Below, piece after piece: positions 36,261 to 55,796 of a stretch of 64,000 nt of DNA (its first letter is position 1; every line of letters begins with the position of its first letter). The position numbers and the translations under genes were made by a program. The notes under the pieces are model-generated. The model was not told where the DNA came from, did not search any database, and saw only the letters and a program-made list of their open reading frames with translations. This stretch comes from the human T2T-CHM13v2.0 reference genome, Homo sapiens, in the NCBI RefSeq assembly GCF_009914755.1, contig NC_060930.1; one strand, written 5' to 3'.

Positions 36261-36946
36261 ATATTACCAGAATTGTTTTTCTGGTTTCTTCTCATTTGGG
36301 TAGACTATGTCAGAGGGAAGATTTGGGGCTCAAGGGCTGTTGTTCAGATTCTTTTATCCCATAGGGTGCTCCTTTGATGTAGTGCTCTTCACCTTCCCCT
36401 AGGTATGGGGCTTCCTGAGAGACAGACTGCAGTGATTGATATTTCTGTTCTGGGTCTAGCCACCCAGTGGAGTTACCAGGCTCCAGGATGGTACTGGGGA
36501 GTGTCTTCAGAGAGTCCTGTGATATGATCCATCTTCAGGTCTCTCAGCCATGAATACCAGCACCTGCTCTGATGGAGGTAGCAGGGGAGTGGACTCTGTG
36601 AGGGTCTTTGGTTGTAGTTTTGTTTAGTGCACTGGTTTTTTGTTGGTTGGCCTCTAGCCAGTAGGTGGCACTTTCAAAAGAACATCAGCTGTGGTATTAT
36701 AGGGAGGATACAAGCTTATCCTAGGGTTGCCTGGATAAGTATTTGGGTTTCTCAAGGAGTGAGCAGGAATGTAGAACTCCCAAGAGATATGTCCTTTGTC
36801 TTTAGCTACCAAGGTGGGTAGAGAAAGACTATTGGGTGAGGCAGGGTTAAGCATGTCTGAGCTCAGATTCTCCCTGGGTGAGGCTTGCTGCAGCTGCTGT
36901 GGGAGATGGGGGTGTGATTCTCAGGCTGATGGAGTTATGTTCTTTG

Positions 36947-37018
36947 TTTCTGTTCTTTATAAATTATCCAGTCTGTGTTATTTTGTTATCACGGCACAAA
37001 TGAACTGAGATCAGAGGC
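36947..37018 (+). repeat. 72-bp copy of 39816-39887 (MaLR LTR end plus flank) inside the L1PB 5'UTR
   Basis: 65/72 identical and ungapped by manual alignment. Confidence 0.88.
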
Positions 37019-37914
37019 ATCATACCGGTCACCAGGGAAGTGGGGGAAAGCCAGCAGTGACAGGTCTCACCCAGCTCCCAGTTAGCCTGAAAGGCCAGTC
37101 TCACTCCCACCATGTCCCCGCAACAGCACCAAGTTTATTTCCAGGCAGTAGATGAGCAGGGCTGAGAACTTGCCCCAGAGCCTCACCACTGAGAAAGCAA
37201 GCAGGGCTTTCAGAGTTTGTGCCTCCCCACCTGCTGTGGTTTCTGTGCCAATATCTGCACTCTCTGTTCACTCCTCCCCCAGATTCTGTCCAGGATACTT
37301 AGCATGTGGTGGAAATTGTTACCAAGTTCAGCTGTAAGTTCCATTCTCCCTGTGGTCTTTCCCTGGTTCCACTGGCAGCCTTCCCCACAGACCCCTGCAA
37401 AACAAAGTTAGGAATGGCTTTCCTGAGGACAGAAGAGTGCTCACAGGGCTCTTCCTGCCGCTTCCTCTATCTCTATATTTTGGTCAGCTCTCTAAAGTTG
37501 TCTCAGCTCCACATAAGCTCAGATTCTTCTCCCATGATCTGGGCTTTCAGTTTCCCCAGTGAGGATGTGTGTTTGGAGGCAAAGGTTTCCCCTCTCACAC
37601 TTTAGGCACTCAGTTTTTTGGCTGTCTCACTGAAAAGCAAGCTGCTTCCCTTCAAAGGGTCTCTGTGTTCTTTTGGCTTTCCTGGTATGTTCTTCCATAG
37701 TTCTTGGAGCAAAAGTTCATGATGTGGGCCTCCACATACTCCTCTGTGTGTCTGAGTGGAAGCTGCAAGTTAGCTCTGCCTCCTATCCACCAATTTTTTT
37801 GTAATTTGCTTTTAAATATTCAGTTTAGACAATGTGATTTATGTGTTTATCAGTTGGTTTTAACTTGCATCATAGAGGTGTTTAGTTGCCCCAGTTAGAC
37901 ATATTCTCTGAGAA

Positions 37915-38494
37915 TGTTATTGACAAATCTATTCACCCAAAAGATGGGTTCTTTTCTGTTCTTTGCCACAACGCTGATAAGCAAAACTGAAAGTGAGTGT
38001 CAAGCAGTACAGGCTTTTATTTGATGACCATAGAATTGAGAAGTGGGAGTGTGGCTCACAAATCAACCATTCAACTTGTAAGAGCTTGGAAGCCACAGAT
38101 ATAGGGCATATTTAAGAAAAGAATTGGGCATTGAGAGCAAGGGGAGGAATATTCATATCTTTTCTTGGAATGAATGGAGAACTTCTCAGAACTGGTGTGT
38201 CACCTTCCTTTTTGTCCCTTTATGGTTTCTTCCAATCATTGTCATGGTGATTGTTAACTGTCATGGCACTGCTGAGAGTGTCATTTAACATGGAAATTAG
38301 ATTATAATTAATTTTGAAGTTCTTCAAAGGTCAAATGAGCTGCCATCTTGGATTCCCCCATGAGCTTCAGCTGGTTTAATTATGAGGGGTATCTTCTGAT
38401 GGCAGGCCTCCTGTTTCTTAAAGATAAGCAGAGAAGCAGAGTTAAGGCAGGGCAGAAATTCAGCTAAGTCATGAAGGCATTACACTGGGTAACA
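37915..38494. mobile_element. Probable ERV1-class solo LTR (family uncertain)
   Basis: TGTTA...TAACA termini ~580 bp apart, gtcatgg...aactgtcatggcactg motif, ttttattt poly(A)-like site. No TSD seen. Confidence 0.5.
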
Positions 38495-39530
38495 AAGGGA
38501 GGTCAGCTAACATATATTGAAAAGGCCACATACCAGAGGCAGCTACTTCAAGTATTTTATCTAATTTTTAAAACTCTGATTAAAAATGTTTTGTCAATTA
38601 GTACAATAGATGTTAGACATTTTTTATTATATTGATGAAATTAGTGCTGTTAAGATCTGTTGCTTGACTAAAATTATTGTAAAGAAATGTCCTGCCTTTA
38701 TATGAATATGATATGAATAGCAAGTTCAATAATCTGAATCCTAGGGCCTTATGCTTGGCCCCAAAATAATAGTGGACTAGAAAGTTAATTGTTCTAATTT
38801 AATGTTCCATTAATTCATGCTTGATGGACAATGCTTCTCTGAAACTCAGATTCAACACGTTACAATCTTACATTGATCCAGAATTATCCCCAATCAATTT
38901 TCATTTCTTAACTACAGATACAGTTCATGTCTCTTGAAATAAAATTGATGTTTTAAAATTTGTCATCTGTTATGCTAACGTTTGTTTCAAATAATAGAGA
39001 TTTTCATCATATGAAGCAAAATATTTTATGGGAAGTGAATAACTGGGTGATTAATTATTTTGTAATCATTTCTTTTCTTTAGATCTGCGTTCCTTTGTTC
39101 TGTACGTCTCAGCTGATTTGAATTCATCTGCTTAGAAATTATTTTGTGAAATGTAATATTTTTGCAAAGAAAATTCTTTCATTAAGTTACTTTTATTTCT
39201 CACTATTCAAAAACAAATATTATAAACTCACATGAAATGACCGTTTCTATTTGATGGCTTTCTTTATACAGACTTTCAGTGAAATGAAAAATTAACTTAA
39301 TAATGGCTTAACACTTATTAATGATAATATAATTATATCAGACTTATCATGACAATTGTTTTCTTCTATGCCTAGATGGGAAGATGATTCAATTAGGCAT
39401 AAAACTGCTGCCTCCTAATTGGAATTATTTGTGTCTAAAGATTTAAAAATTAATGGGAACATCAAGTCGATGCAATTCAATCCAGGGAATTAGTTTCTAT
39501 CATACCTTTAATAAACTTTGATATGCAGGG

Positions 39531-39880
39531 TGCTATGGTTTGAATATTTGTGTCTTTTTCAAAATTTATGTTGAAACTTAATCTCTAATGTAAAAGTATT
39601 AAGAGGTGGGGCCTTCAGAAGATGATTAGGCCATAAGGGCTCCACCCTCATGGATGGGATTAGTGCCTCATGAAAGGGCTGGAGGGAACTAACTAGGCTC
39701 TTTTTATCCTTCCACTGTCTACCATGAGAGGATGCAGCAAGAAGGCTCTCACCAGACACAGAATGCCAGTGCCTTGACCTTGAACTTGTCAGCCTTTAGA
39801 ACTGTGAGAAATAAATTTCTGTTTTTTATAAATTACCCAGTCTGTGTTATGTTGTTATTATAGCACAAATGAACTGAGAT
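39531..39880 (+). mobile_element. MaLR solo LTR (MLT1A/MSTD-like)
   Basis: tgctatggtttgaat...aataaatttctg...aaattacccagtct...gaactgagat, with degenerate TSD CAGGG/CAGTG. Confidence 0.88.
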
Positions 39881-39927
39881 CAGTGGCTTTAAGCCTTTTG
39901 AAGTCTGCAGGTCCCTTTGATAAATTA

Positions 39928-40455
39928 CAGTAGTCCCACTTATCGATGGTCTCATTTCACTTACCCGTTGTGAACCATGGTCCAAAAATATTTTATAGAA
40001 AATTCCAGACATAAACAATTTATAAGTTTTAAATTGCATGCTATTCTGAATAGCATGATAAAATCTTGTGCTGTTCTGACTCATTCTGCCTAGGACATGA
40101 ATTATCTTTTTGTCTAGCATGTCCACTCTGCACATGCTACCCACCCATTAGTCACTTTACAGCCATCTCAGTTATCAGATCGACTATTGTGATATCACAG
40201 TGCTTGTGTTCAAGTCACTCTTATTTTACTTAATAATGGCTCCAAAGCACAAGGGTAATGATGCTGGCATATTGTTATAATTGTCTTATTTTATTAGTTG
40301 CTAATCTCTTACTATGCTTAATGTGTAAATTAAACTTTATCATAAGTATGTATGTCTAGGAAAAAATATGGTATATATAGGGTTCAGTACTATCTGTGGT
40401 TTTAGGCATCCACTGGGGGTCTAGAAACATATCCCCTGTGGATAAGGGGGATAAA
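39928..40455 (+). mobile_element. MER44-type (Tigger7-derived) DNA transposon
   Basis: TA-cagtagtccc...ttatc start and ...ggataagggg end; gaaaattccag...ataaacaat interior. Confidence 0.85.
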
Positions 40456-40734
40456 ACTACCAGCATTCTTCAGAGAAAACATACATACATACACTCAAAA
40501 CTTAGCAGCCAAAATAAAGAGACTCTCAGACTGTCTAAAGCTTATCCACATAACTGGGGAAAAGAAGTCATACAGCAGAAGCATATAGAAAAACAAAATT
40601 TAAAGACACAATGCAACTGCTCCTTTTGTCCAAGACTATATCAATGCCAATAATAATAATACCCTAGAAATACAAGCATGTGCATTTCCTTTTTTCTTCC
40701 TTCTGTTGATGAGTTTAATGGAGATTAATAGAAT

Positions 40735-40870
40735 CTTACTGGTATAAATACCTGATAAGACCATCTGCCTTCATCTCTTTATTTTACAAGTGAGGAAAAT
40801 GAGACCTAGAAGATAAGTGATTTCTCCAAGATGGCATCATTAGCTAAATGGCAAAGATAGATCTCAAGAT
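40735..40870. mobile_element. MIR remnant (another at ~41960-42090)
   Basis: attttacaagtgaggaaaatgagacctagaagataagtgattt core. Confidence 0.65.
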
Positions 40871-42819
40871 TCATAGGCCAGAGCTCATAGGCCATGCTTT
40901 CTGCTCATGAAAAAGACCAGATTCTCAGCCACCTGAGTCTTGCAATGGCTCCTCTCCAATGTTAGCGCTTGTGAGTCTAGGATCACAAAGTTGTAAGGGT
41001 TAGAAACATTTGATGTTTCTCTTTTGATAATTACTCTTTTACATCCTTCTTGGGAATATCTTACTCGAGAGTTACACATTTGGGGGCTAAGATTAGTAGC
41101 ATCAAAATGTAGCTGGCCAGTATATAAATTAGCACCAAAATAGAACAGCTGGATCCTCTAGCAATGCAGAGAAGGTAACTGCTTGCTGGACCAGGCTGGC
41201 AAGCTGGTTCTGAGAGACTGCATTTGTTGGTATATGTAAACTTGATGAATTTACTATGATTCAGGCATAGTGCATGGAGCTTTAGGTTAATAGGTTTGTA
41301 AGGGGAATCTGTCAGCATTCCTAATGTAATACTGTCCCTCAGGGGCTGCCACACATTAACCAAGTTCTCTGAGATCAAAGCATAGAACCAGAAAGCCAAT
41401 TTGTTAAATTACAATGAGAAATATGCTGTCACAGAGTCTGCCCTCAGGGCAGATCTACAGAGACCAAATCCTCATCAGAAAGTTGCTTCTGAACCTGGAG
41501 ACCAAATAAAGTGTGTTATCTGAACTTAAGGCAGCAGACTAATGCAGTCCAAATTATCCGCCTCACCATAGGGATGATGTTTCCTATGGAAACCAGAATA
41601 CTTAAATTTCATTCTCTCTCTAGGGGCTTTATAATTTAAGGCTAAAGTTTTTATTCTCTTGCTTTAGGTGAATTCCAAGCAAGTCCGGGGACTTCTCTTT
41701 GACCTTAAAATTGAGCAAGAAGGTTTTGGGCATAATATGCCCAAAGTAAGCCCTGTCTGTGTACAGCCTTGTCTGTGGAGGGAAGGAATCTCCTGAACCC
41801 AGTACCTGGAGTGCTTATTCCACAGGTTCTCATGACAACCTTGCCCTCACTTTCACCCAGCCCAGGGGTGAGGGGCTGAAGATCAAAACTAACTAATTCA
41901 AATGAGACTCAATTTGATTACTACATACCAAGAAGGTTGAGATTTTTCAATTTACTATATGACTGATCATTGAGTCAATCACTTTACCTTACAGATGATG
42001 AAATGGAGACCCAGAGATATTAAATGACTTATCCAAAGGCATACAGCTTGTCAGGAGTGAAGTAGGACTAAAACCTAGGATCTGTTCTACCCATAGATGT
42101 AGGCAAATACCTCAGGTGGTCCCCACTCTTTGGAGCGCCTTCTTCAAAATGTTTGAAGTCTCCTCTAGTGCCTGGGACTGATCAATTATGCCCCCCAGAA
42201 ATGGTATATAACCCTGGACTGGCAACCACCTGGGCTCCATCATTCTTTCTCTTTTCCAAGACTCTAACCTATACATGGGGTTAGGCAGAAGCCCTGAGGA
42301 GCTCTGGGACTTGAGACTGTGGTGTTGTACTGGGCCCACATTAGGTTTCAGTGGGGAAGTCTGTTAAGAGATTGCTCTCATTGGCCAGCATGCTTCTTCT
42401 TTTGTAGGATAATGGGAAAGCAAGCAGATAGAATGATACTGGCATAAGGATTTGTGTAACTTTCACTCATACTGGACACAGAATGAGTTCAGGTCTTTGG
42501 TCCATAAAAATTCCACTACCAACCCTGAGATTGAGCCATGTGTGTGGACCCATGTGTTGGCTATTGCTTATTCATGTTCCAACAGCAGTGCTACCTCTTG
42601 TCTACAGTACTTGAGGGTGGCAAGAGGCAGCAGGCATTCTTTATACTCTGTACCTCCTGCCACCTGAGACAATCACCCCATTCCCTCTATAGACTTGAGG
42701 TAGGGGTCAGTCAATTCTTGGGAGCAACTCCTCCTATCTTCCCTGAGGGCTTAAACACCATTGCTCTGCAAATCCTACCGACCTTTCTGATTGATGTCAG
42801 CTCCCCTGTCAGAGCCATA

Positions 42820-43670
42820 CAATAAAACAACTAAAAGAGGTTTAATTAAGATCTAGACTCTTAAAACATAATTCCCCAACAGTACAGGTTTCAATAAAAA
42901 AAACTCAGCCGTCATATCAGAACAAAGAAGACTTCAAATTAAATTTAAAAAGACAACCAATAGATGCCAACATTGTGATAAAGAGATGTTACAATTATCT
43001 GACAAAGACTTTACAGTAGCCATGATAAAAGTGCTTCAAGGAGCAATTATAAACACAATTGAAACAATGTTTTTAAAAATAGCTTACACAAGGATACAGA
43101 AAGTCTTAGTAAAGAAAGACGACACCAAGAAGAGTCAAATGGAAATCTTAGCATTTAAAGTAATAACTAAAATTTATAATGCAGTGAATGCAGCAGATGG
43201 GCTAAATGGCAGATGCCCTTTGAAGAGTTCAGAGAAGAATATTAATGAATTAGAAATTAGAACAACAGAATTACTCAATTCGAACTACAGAGAAAAAATA
43301 GACTGAAAAAAGGAACATAGCGTTAGGCATCTAAGATGGCCTTAGGCATATAACAAAAGATATAATATTTGTGATTCTAGAGACCCATAACAAGAGAAGA
43401 AAGAGGAGGGAACTACAAAAATATTGGAAAAAATAATTGCTAAATTTTTGAAAATTTGACAACAAATACAGACCTACAAATTCAAGAAGCTGAGGAAATA
43501 TCAATGGGTTAAACTCAAATAAATCACTTTCAAAAACTATCATAATTAAACTGCTGAAAACTGAAGACAAAAAAATATTGAAAGTAACCAGAGGAAAACA
43601 ACACCTTAACTATACAAAAAGGGCAATTTGAACGTCAAATAGATTTCTTACCAAAAACTATGAAAGCTAC
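42820..43670 (+). mobile_element. Old L1M 5' region and ORF1 remnant
   Basis: ORF 42986..43306 (MLQLSDKDFT...INELEIRTTE) resembles 9110-9400. Confidence 0.7.
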
Positions 43671-43870
43671 AGGACAGTCCTCAGATGGCCTTGGCTAACC
43701 CAGCCTTCCTTTTCTTGCCCATGGTTCTCAGAATAACTGTAGAATGCACTGAGAATGCAGCATTTTGAGATAGGAAATGAATGCCTGAAATATTCTGGGC
43801 CTTGCTTCCTCCCCCCACCACCCCAGAGCAGGATGCTCTATAACACTTTAACCCAGTGATTCCCATAACA
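43665..43870 (+). mobile_element. LTR fragment, LTR47-like
   Basis: gaataactgtagaatgcactgagaatgcagcattttgagatagg...caggatg motif, from recall. Confidence 0.45.
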
Positions 43871-44069
43871 GAAACATACCTGTTTATTTTCTTTCTTAGT
43901 TTTTCGGAGCAAATGTTAACGATATTGTATTTTCAATATCAGTGCCTAGATTTTCATTGCTAGTATATACAAATGCTATTAATATTTGCATATTGATCTC
44001 TATCCTACAGCCTTGCTGAACCTATCTATTAATTCTAGGAGGTTTCGTCTAGATTCCTTGAGATTTTCT

Positions 44070-50227
<6,158 letters not shown>

Positions 50228-50289
50228 GAGATTTTCTATAGAAAAAAAATTTCATCTATAGGTAGAGATACTTTTATTTATTTATTTAT

Positions 50290-50572
50290 TTAGTAAAAGT
50301 AACAAAATTAGAGAAATGGAGAACAAATTTCTGGTTGCCAGCATTAAGGAGGGAAGCAGATGTGGCTATAAAAAGGTGATATCAAGAATCTGATTGTTAT
50401 GGAACTATGTTACATCTTTAATGTATCAATGTCAATATCCAGGTGGAGATATGGTGCTATGTTTTTGTAAGATGCTACCATTGAGGAAAATTTAGTATGC
50501 AGCATATCTCTTTACTATTTCTTTCAACCACATGTGGATCTATAATTATCTCAAAATAAAAATTTTAATTAA
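50290..50572 (+). mobile_element. L1MC-type 3' end
   Basis: tcaatgtcaatatccagg...gatctataattatctcaaaataaaa. Confidence 0.75.
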
Positions 50573-51488
50573 AAATGTCAATGAAATTTGTTCATTTAAT
50601 TGAATCCAATCTAATAAAAGAAATACTATTTAGCCATTTTCCTAAGGCCACAACACATGACACTTGCACATTTATGCCAATATCATGAAATGTATGTTAC
50701 ACCGCATTTCTGATCAATTTATATCACCTGAGGAAAATCATTGTATCTCATATAGGCATATATGTTTAAAACTCTAACTTCATATACCCAGAGCCTAGGA
50801 GTTATAAATACGTTACATAATGGCTTAAAAATAAATTGATTAGACTCTATGTCTTCTTTCTATTTATGTTCCTGATTTTTACCTTTATATCTTTGGAAAC
50901 TCTGAGTATGTTTGCTGTAAGCAGAGACTTCTGATATATGCTCAACTTGACAAAATGCATAATAGTAGAAGATGGAATGCCTAGGAAAATAAATAACATG
51001 GGAATTTATTCCCATGTTCCAACTCTAGAAAAGTTGTACTGACAACAATAAAGAATAATATTGCTTTCAGTAAATCGATGATATTCAGAAATTTTATTAA
51101 TAATATAAAGTTTTAACCTAGAAATATTGAAATTAAAGTTCTCATCCCTGGTCCTCATAATTTAAACCCACTCATGATTTTTTTAAACCCACAAAATAAG
51201 AAATAAAATGTTTAGGGTAGGGTGGCTAGTTTTCATTATACATCCAAATCTAAACACTCTTCCTTTTATACTTTGTCTTTTAAAACTATAAAGTACAAAG
51301 TACTAATTTAACTTTGAGACAGAGTATAAATCTGAGATGAGAAAACAAATTAAAAAATCTTCAACAGTATTTCATTAATTCATTCAATATTTAATGGGCA
51401 TTAACTATGTTATAATAGGTAATTAAGATATATTCGTAAACAGGACAGACTGTTTTCATGGAATTTATATTCCAGTGGTAATCAATCT

Positions 51489-51822
51489 AGATCATGTCCT
51501 TTGCAAGAACACGGACAGAGCTGGAGGCCACTATCCTTAGCAAACTAACACAGGAACAGAAAACCAAATACCGCATGTTCTCACTCATAAGTGGGAGCAA
51601 AATAATGGGAATACATGGACACATAGAAGAGAAGAACATACCCTGAGGCCTTTCAGAGCATGGAGGGTGGGAGAAGGAAGACCATCAGGAAAAATAACTA
51701 AGGGATGCTAGGCTTAATACCTGGGTGACAAAACAATCTGTACAACAAACCCCCATGACACAAGCTTACCTATGTAACAAACCTGAACATGTACCCCTGA
51801 ACTTAAAAGTTAAATTTAAGAA
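51489..51822 (+). mobile_element. L1PA15/16-like 3' end
   Basis: atcaggaaaaataactaa...aggcttaatacctgggtga...acaacaaacccccatgacacaag. Confidence 0.85.
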
Positions 51823-51949
51823 ATAATTCTAGAGTAATTACTTCTATTATATATATGTACCCATTTTATATTATTAATATTTCTATTAGCATAGGAAGGT
51901 TGGGTTACTGTTGCTTTGAAAGCCATAATTTCTCTAAATCTTTTCTATC

Positions 51950-54700
51950 TATCGTTCACAATTGCTCAAAACTTTTCATCAACAGGTGAATGAATAAACA
52001 AATTGTGATATGTTTATATTATGGACAATTATCCCACAACAAAAAGAAAATGAACTGTTGATATAGGCAACATGGATGACTCTCAAAAACATTATGCTGC
52101 GCAAAAGATGCCAGACACAAAAGAATACAAACTATATAACTCCATTATATGAAACTCTAGAAAAGATAAATCTACTCTGTGGTGACAAAAACTAGATCAG
52201 TGATTGTTTGGGGCTAAGGCCAAGGGAAATTGACAGGGAAGATAAGTTTGGAAAATGTTCTACATTTGTATCTTAATTGTTTTGTGGATTATACAAGTGT
52301 ACAAATTTTGCATAATTTATTAAAATGTACATTTAAAATGAGTGCATTTTATCATGTGTAAATTATTCTTCAATAAAGTAAGTATTTAAAAATCAACATA
52401 ATTTATGTTATAGGCTCAAAGAGAAATTAATAAAAATTATTAGAATTAACAGAATAAAAGAGAAAATCATATAATCATCAAATTAGATGCAGAAAAAGCA
52501 TTTGACAAAAACTCACTCATTTAAAAAAAAAACTATTAGCCAAGAGAAATAGGAGCCTAAAAAATAAACAAACCAAAGCCAACAAAATCCCCTTCAATAA
52601 ATGTTAAAATGTTGAAAGCTCATCTCCTGAGATTTAGTATGAGATAATGTCTATTATCACCACTTCTTTTCAGTATTGTACTGGAAGTCCTAGCCAGTGC
52701 AATGAGGTCAGAAAAAAATGAAATAATAAGGATTATAAAAGAAGAAATAAAACTGTTATTACTCACACATGACATTATGCTTATAGTGAAAATTCAAAGG
52801 AATCTATGGATAAACAAAATTTAGCAATATCTTTAGATAAATATATAAAAATCAATTGCATGCCTGAATGTTTAGAATGAATGTTTGGAAATGAGATTTT
52901 TTAAAATATATTTTTTACAAGTATCAAAAAAGTAAATACCTAGGTTTAAATCTAATTAAGAATGTGTAAGATATCTACATAGGAAACTAAAAATATATTA
53001 CTAAACAAAATTAAACACCTAAATAAAAGGAGTGATATATCATGTTCATGAACTGGAAGATTCACGGTTGTAAAAAATTAATTCCTCCAAATGGATCTAT
53101 AGTAATAGTAAAATGTAAATCAGAATCCAAGCAGATTTTGTGGGGGTTTTTTGTTTTAGAAATTTGACAAGTTGATTCTAAAATAAGATACAATTCCAAA
53201 GGACCAAGAATAACCAAAGTATCTTGAGATATGTTGGAAGACTTATACTATCAGATATCAATATTTATAACAAAATGACAGCAATTACAGCCAAGTGACA
53301 TTTGTGTATGAATAGATAAGTAAAGAAATATTACAAAACAGACTCAAGAAACAAATCTATGCATATATGGTCACTTGGTAACAACATTGCCAGTGCATTG
53401 CAATGGTTAAGAAGGAAGACTTTTCCAATAAGTAGCACTGGATCAATTGATTTACCATATGAAAAATATGGTTATGCAGTACTTCCTCATACTATACACA
53501 AAAAAATTAATTACAGATGGATTATATACTTAAATGTTAAAGCAATAAATTTCTAGATGTTAATATAAGATATTGGGTTGATATCCTATATTATGGACCT
53601 ATATGACCTATCTGACTTGGGTTGGTAAAGATTTCTTAAACACAAGAATCACTGAGTTTAAACAAAAAGATTAATTCATTGATTGCATTAATATCAAGAA
53701 ATTATGTTTGTGTCATTGGCAGCATCATTAAAACACATTATTAGTGGAATAAAAAGCAAATTACAGCATAAGAGAAGATATTTCCAATTCTTATATTTAA
53801 AAATCATTACATATTTTAGAAACTCCTATAAATCAGTAAAAATAAAAACAAACAATTCAGTAAATATAAAAACAGTAAAAATAAAAATAATACACCCCTC
53901 ACAGAAAACATTATCCAAAAGTAATAAATGCATATGAAAGTGCTAGTGTTCATTAGTCATCAGAAAAATATAAATCAAAATACTGGTACTAATCAGGTAC
54001 CAGTACCCAAGCTTCACATGCTAAAGTGAAAATATTTGGTAGTACCAAGAGCTGACAAAACATGAAACTATCATATATTACTGGTGGAGGTATAAATTGA
54101 TGTAACTTATTTGGGGAAATGGTACTAAAGCTGAACTTATGTTCATCCTAGAATTCAGTAATTCCAAATGTATGTATATACCCAACAGAAATGAGTATAT
54201 ATGTATACCAAAAGAACAAACAAAAATATCAATAACAGAATTATTCTTTGTAGGCAGAACCTGGGGAGGAAAGGATGACATTTTAAACTTATGGAATGTG
54301 CCTAAAGAACTATACATAGGTTTAAATTCTTATATTACAAAGAAGAGAGGTTGAAAATTTTAAGTCTTCAACTCAAAAAAAAAAGACAAAAATCAAAACA
54401 CAACAAAGGTAATTCTAAGAAGGAGAAAGAAATACAAATGAGAAAATAATATAATAAAAACAATAATATAATAGAAAAGATTAATAAAGTCAAAAGTGGT
54501 TCTTTGAAAAGCATTTAAATGGAAAAAGCTCTGGCAAGACTGGTTAAGAAAGAAAAGACATGGTACAAAGAAACTCTGTTTGGAATCTTTTTAAAAATAG
54601 TAAATATAAATGACATGATAAAAATCCTATGAACAACTCCATACTAATACATTTGGAAACAAATACAAAGTGAACAATTGTTAGATAAATTATCAAAACT
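51950..54700 (+). mobile_element. Cluster of old L1ME/L1M fragments (3' end 51950-52390; ORF2 remnants 52450-54700)
   Basis: ttagatgcagaaaaagcatttgacaaaa and gtactggaagtcctagccagtgcaat ORF2 hallmarks. Confidence 0.75.
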
Positions 54701-55429
54701 GTCTTTTAATGGCAGTATTATACTTAAAGGCCCAGGAGTTATTAACAGGATGACTGTATACCTCCTGGTTGACACCTGTTTTCCCAGCATAATTGTCGCA
54801 TCTTCTTTCACTCTTAATTGCTCCCGTTTGCCAATAATTTATGTGGTTGCCTATAAATAAGGGAATATTGGGGATTTAGTGGGAGTTCATGTAGAAGGAG
54901 GCCCTGACTATCATCCCTACATAGGCTGCTGTCCACAATTATAAATAAGTTGAATGTGATGAGATACATGTTGGAAAAAAAATGAGTACGTGTTTGCCTC
55001 TGTCTTGGCACACTGATAGCATCACCTGGCTTCATACCCATAAGGAGCTTTATAAAGAACGGTGGTGCTGACAGAGAAGGGATTCTCAAGTTCCTAAGAG
55101 CTTCTTGGTCCTCAATCATTTGCTCCAATTCTCTAAAGCTGCTCTGCCTATACAATTTTATCAGCTTGCAGGAGAGTCAGACTAAGATAAGGTTTGCTCC
55201 AACTACTGAATATTTCTTCTAGAAACTCACCATACCCTATGCACCCCCATCCTTAAGGCTAATTTTAACCATTTGCTTGTTTACAGTTATGGTGGATCCT
55301 TGACCATTTGAGTGGAACTGATTGACAGAATTGCCACTGTAACAAGAAATTTTAAAATACACTGTTTGCCTGTGATCATCTTTATATTTATGCTACTTTC
55401 ATATTTTGCACTAAAATTTAATGTTAGCC

Positions 55430-55690
55430 CTTTTATAAGGATAGGCTGGAATATACTTTGGTAATAAACAACACCCAAAATATCAGTGTTTAACAAAGGT
55501 ACATTTCTTTTTCATACTACATGTCTACAGTAGGTCAGAAGTGTACTGTTCATCTTTAGCACTCGAAAACCCAGGCTGACAGAGTAGCCATCATCTCAGA
55601 CCTACTGGTTGCTCATTATAGAATTGACATAGGTCATTGTCAGTCAGAACTCACTGGCCAGAAATAGTTAAAAGGGTCCACCCCAAAATG
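55430..55690. mobile_element. Old MLT1 (J/K-like) LTR remnant
   Basis: aacaacacccaaaatatcagtg...cccaggctgacagagtagccatcatc...cactggccagaa. Confidence 0.5.
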
Positions 55691-55796
55691 ACACCACGCT
55701 CACCCACACCGCTCTGTCTTCAATTTTTATGGTCTTTGGAGCCTATAAGGACTTTGTAGAAAGTATCATTCTCCTTTAAAATTGTTTTTTGAAAAT

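Noticed and set aside
40885-42825. Short ORFs of 60-112 aa in unique sequence
   Set aside because: No recognisable domains, lengths expected by chance, and many start at non-ATG codons.
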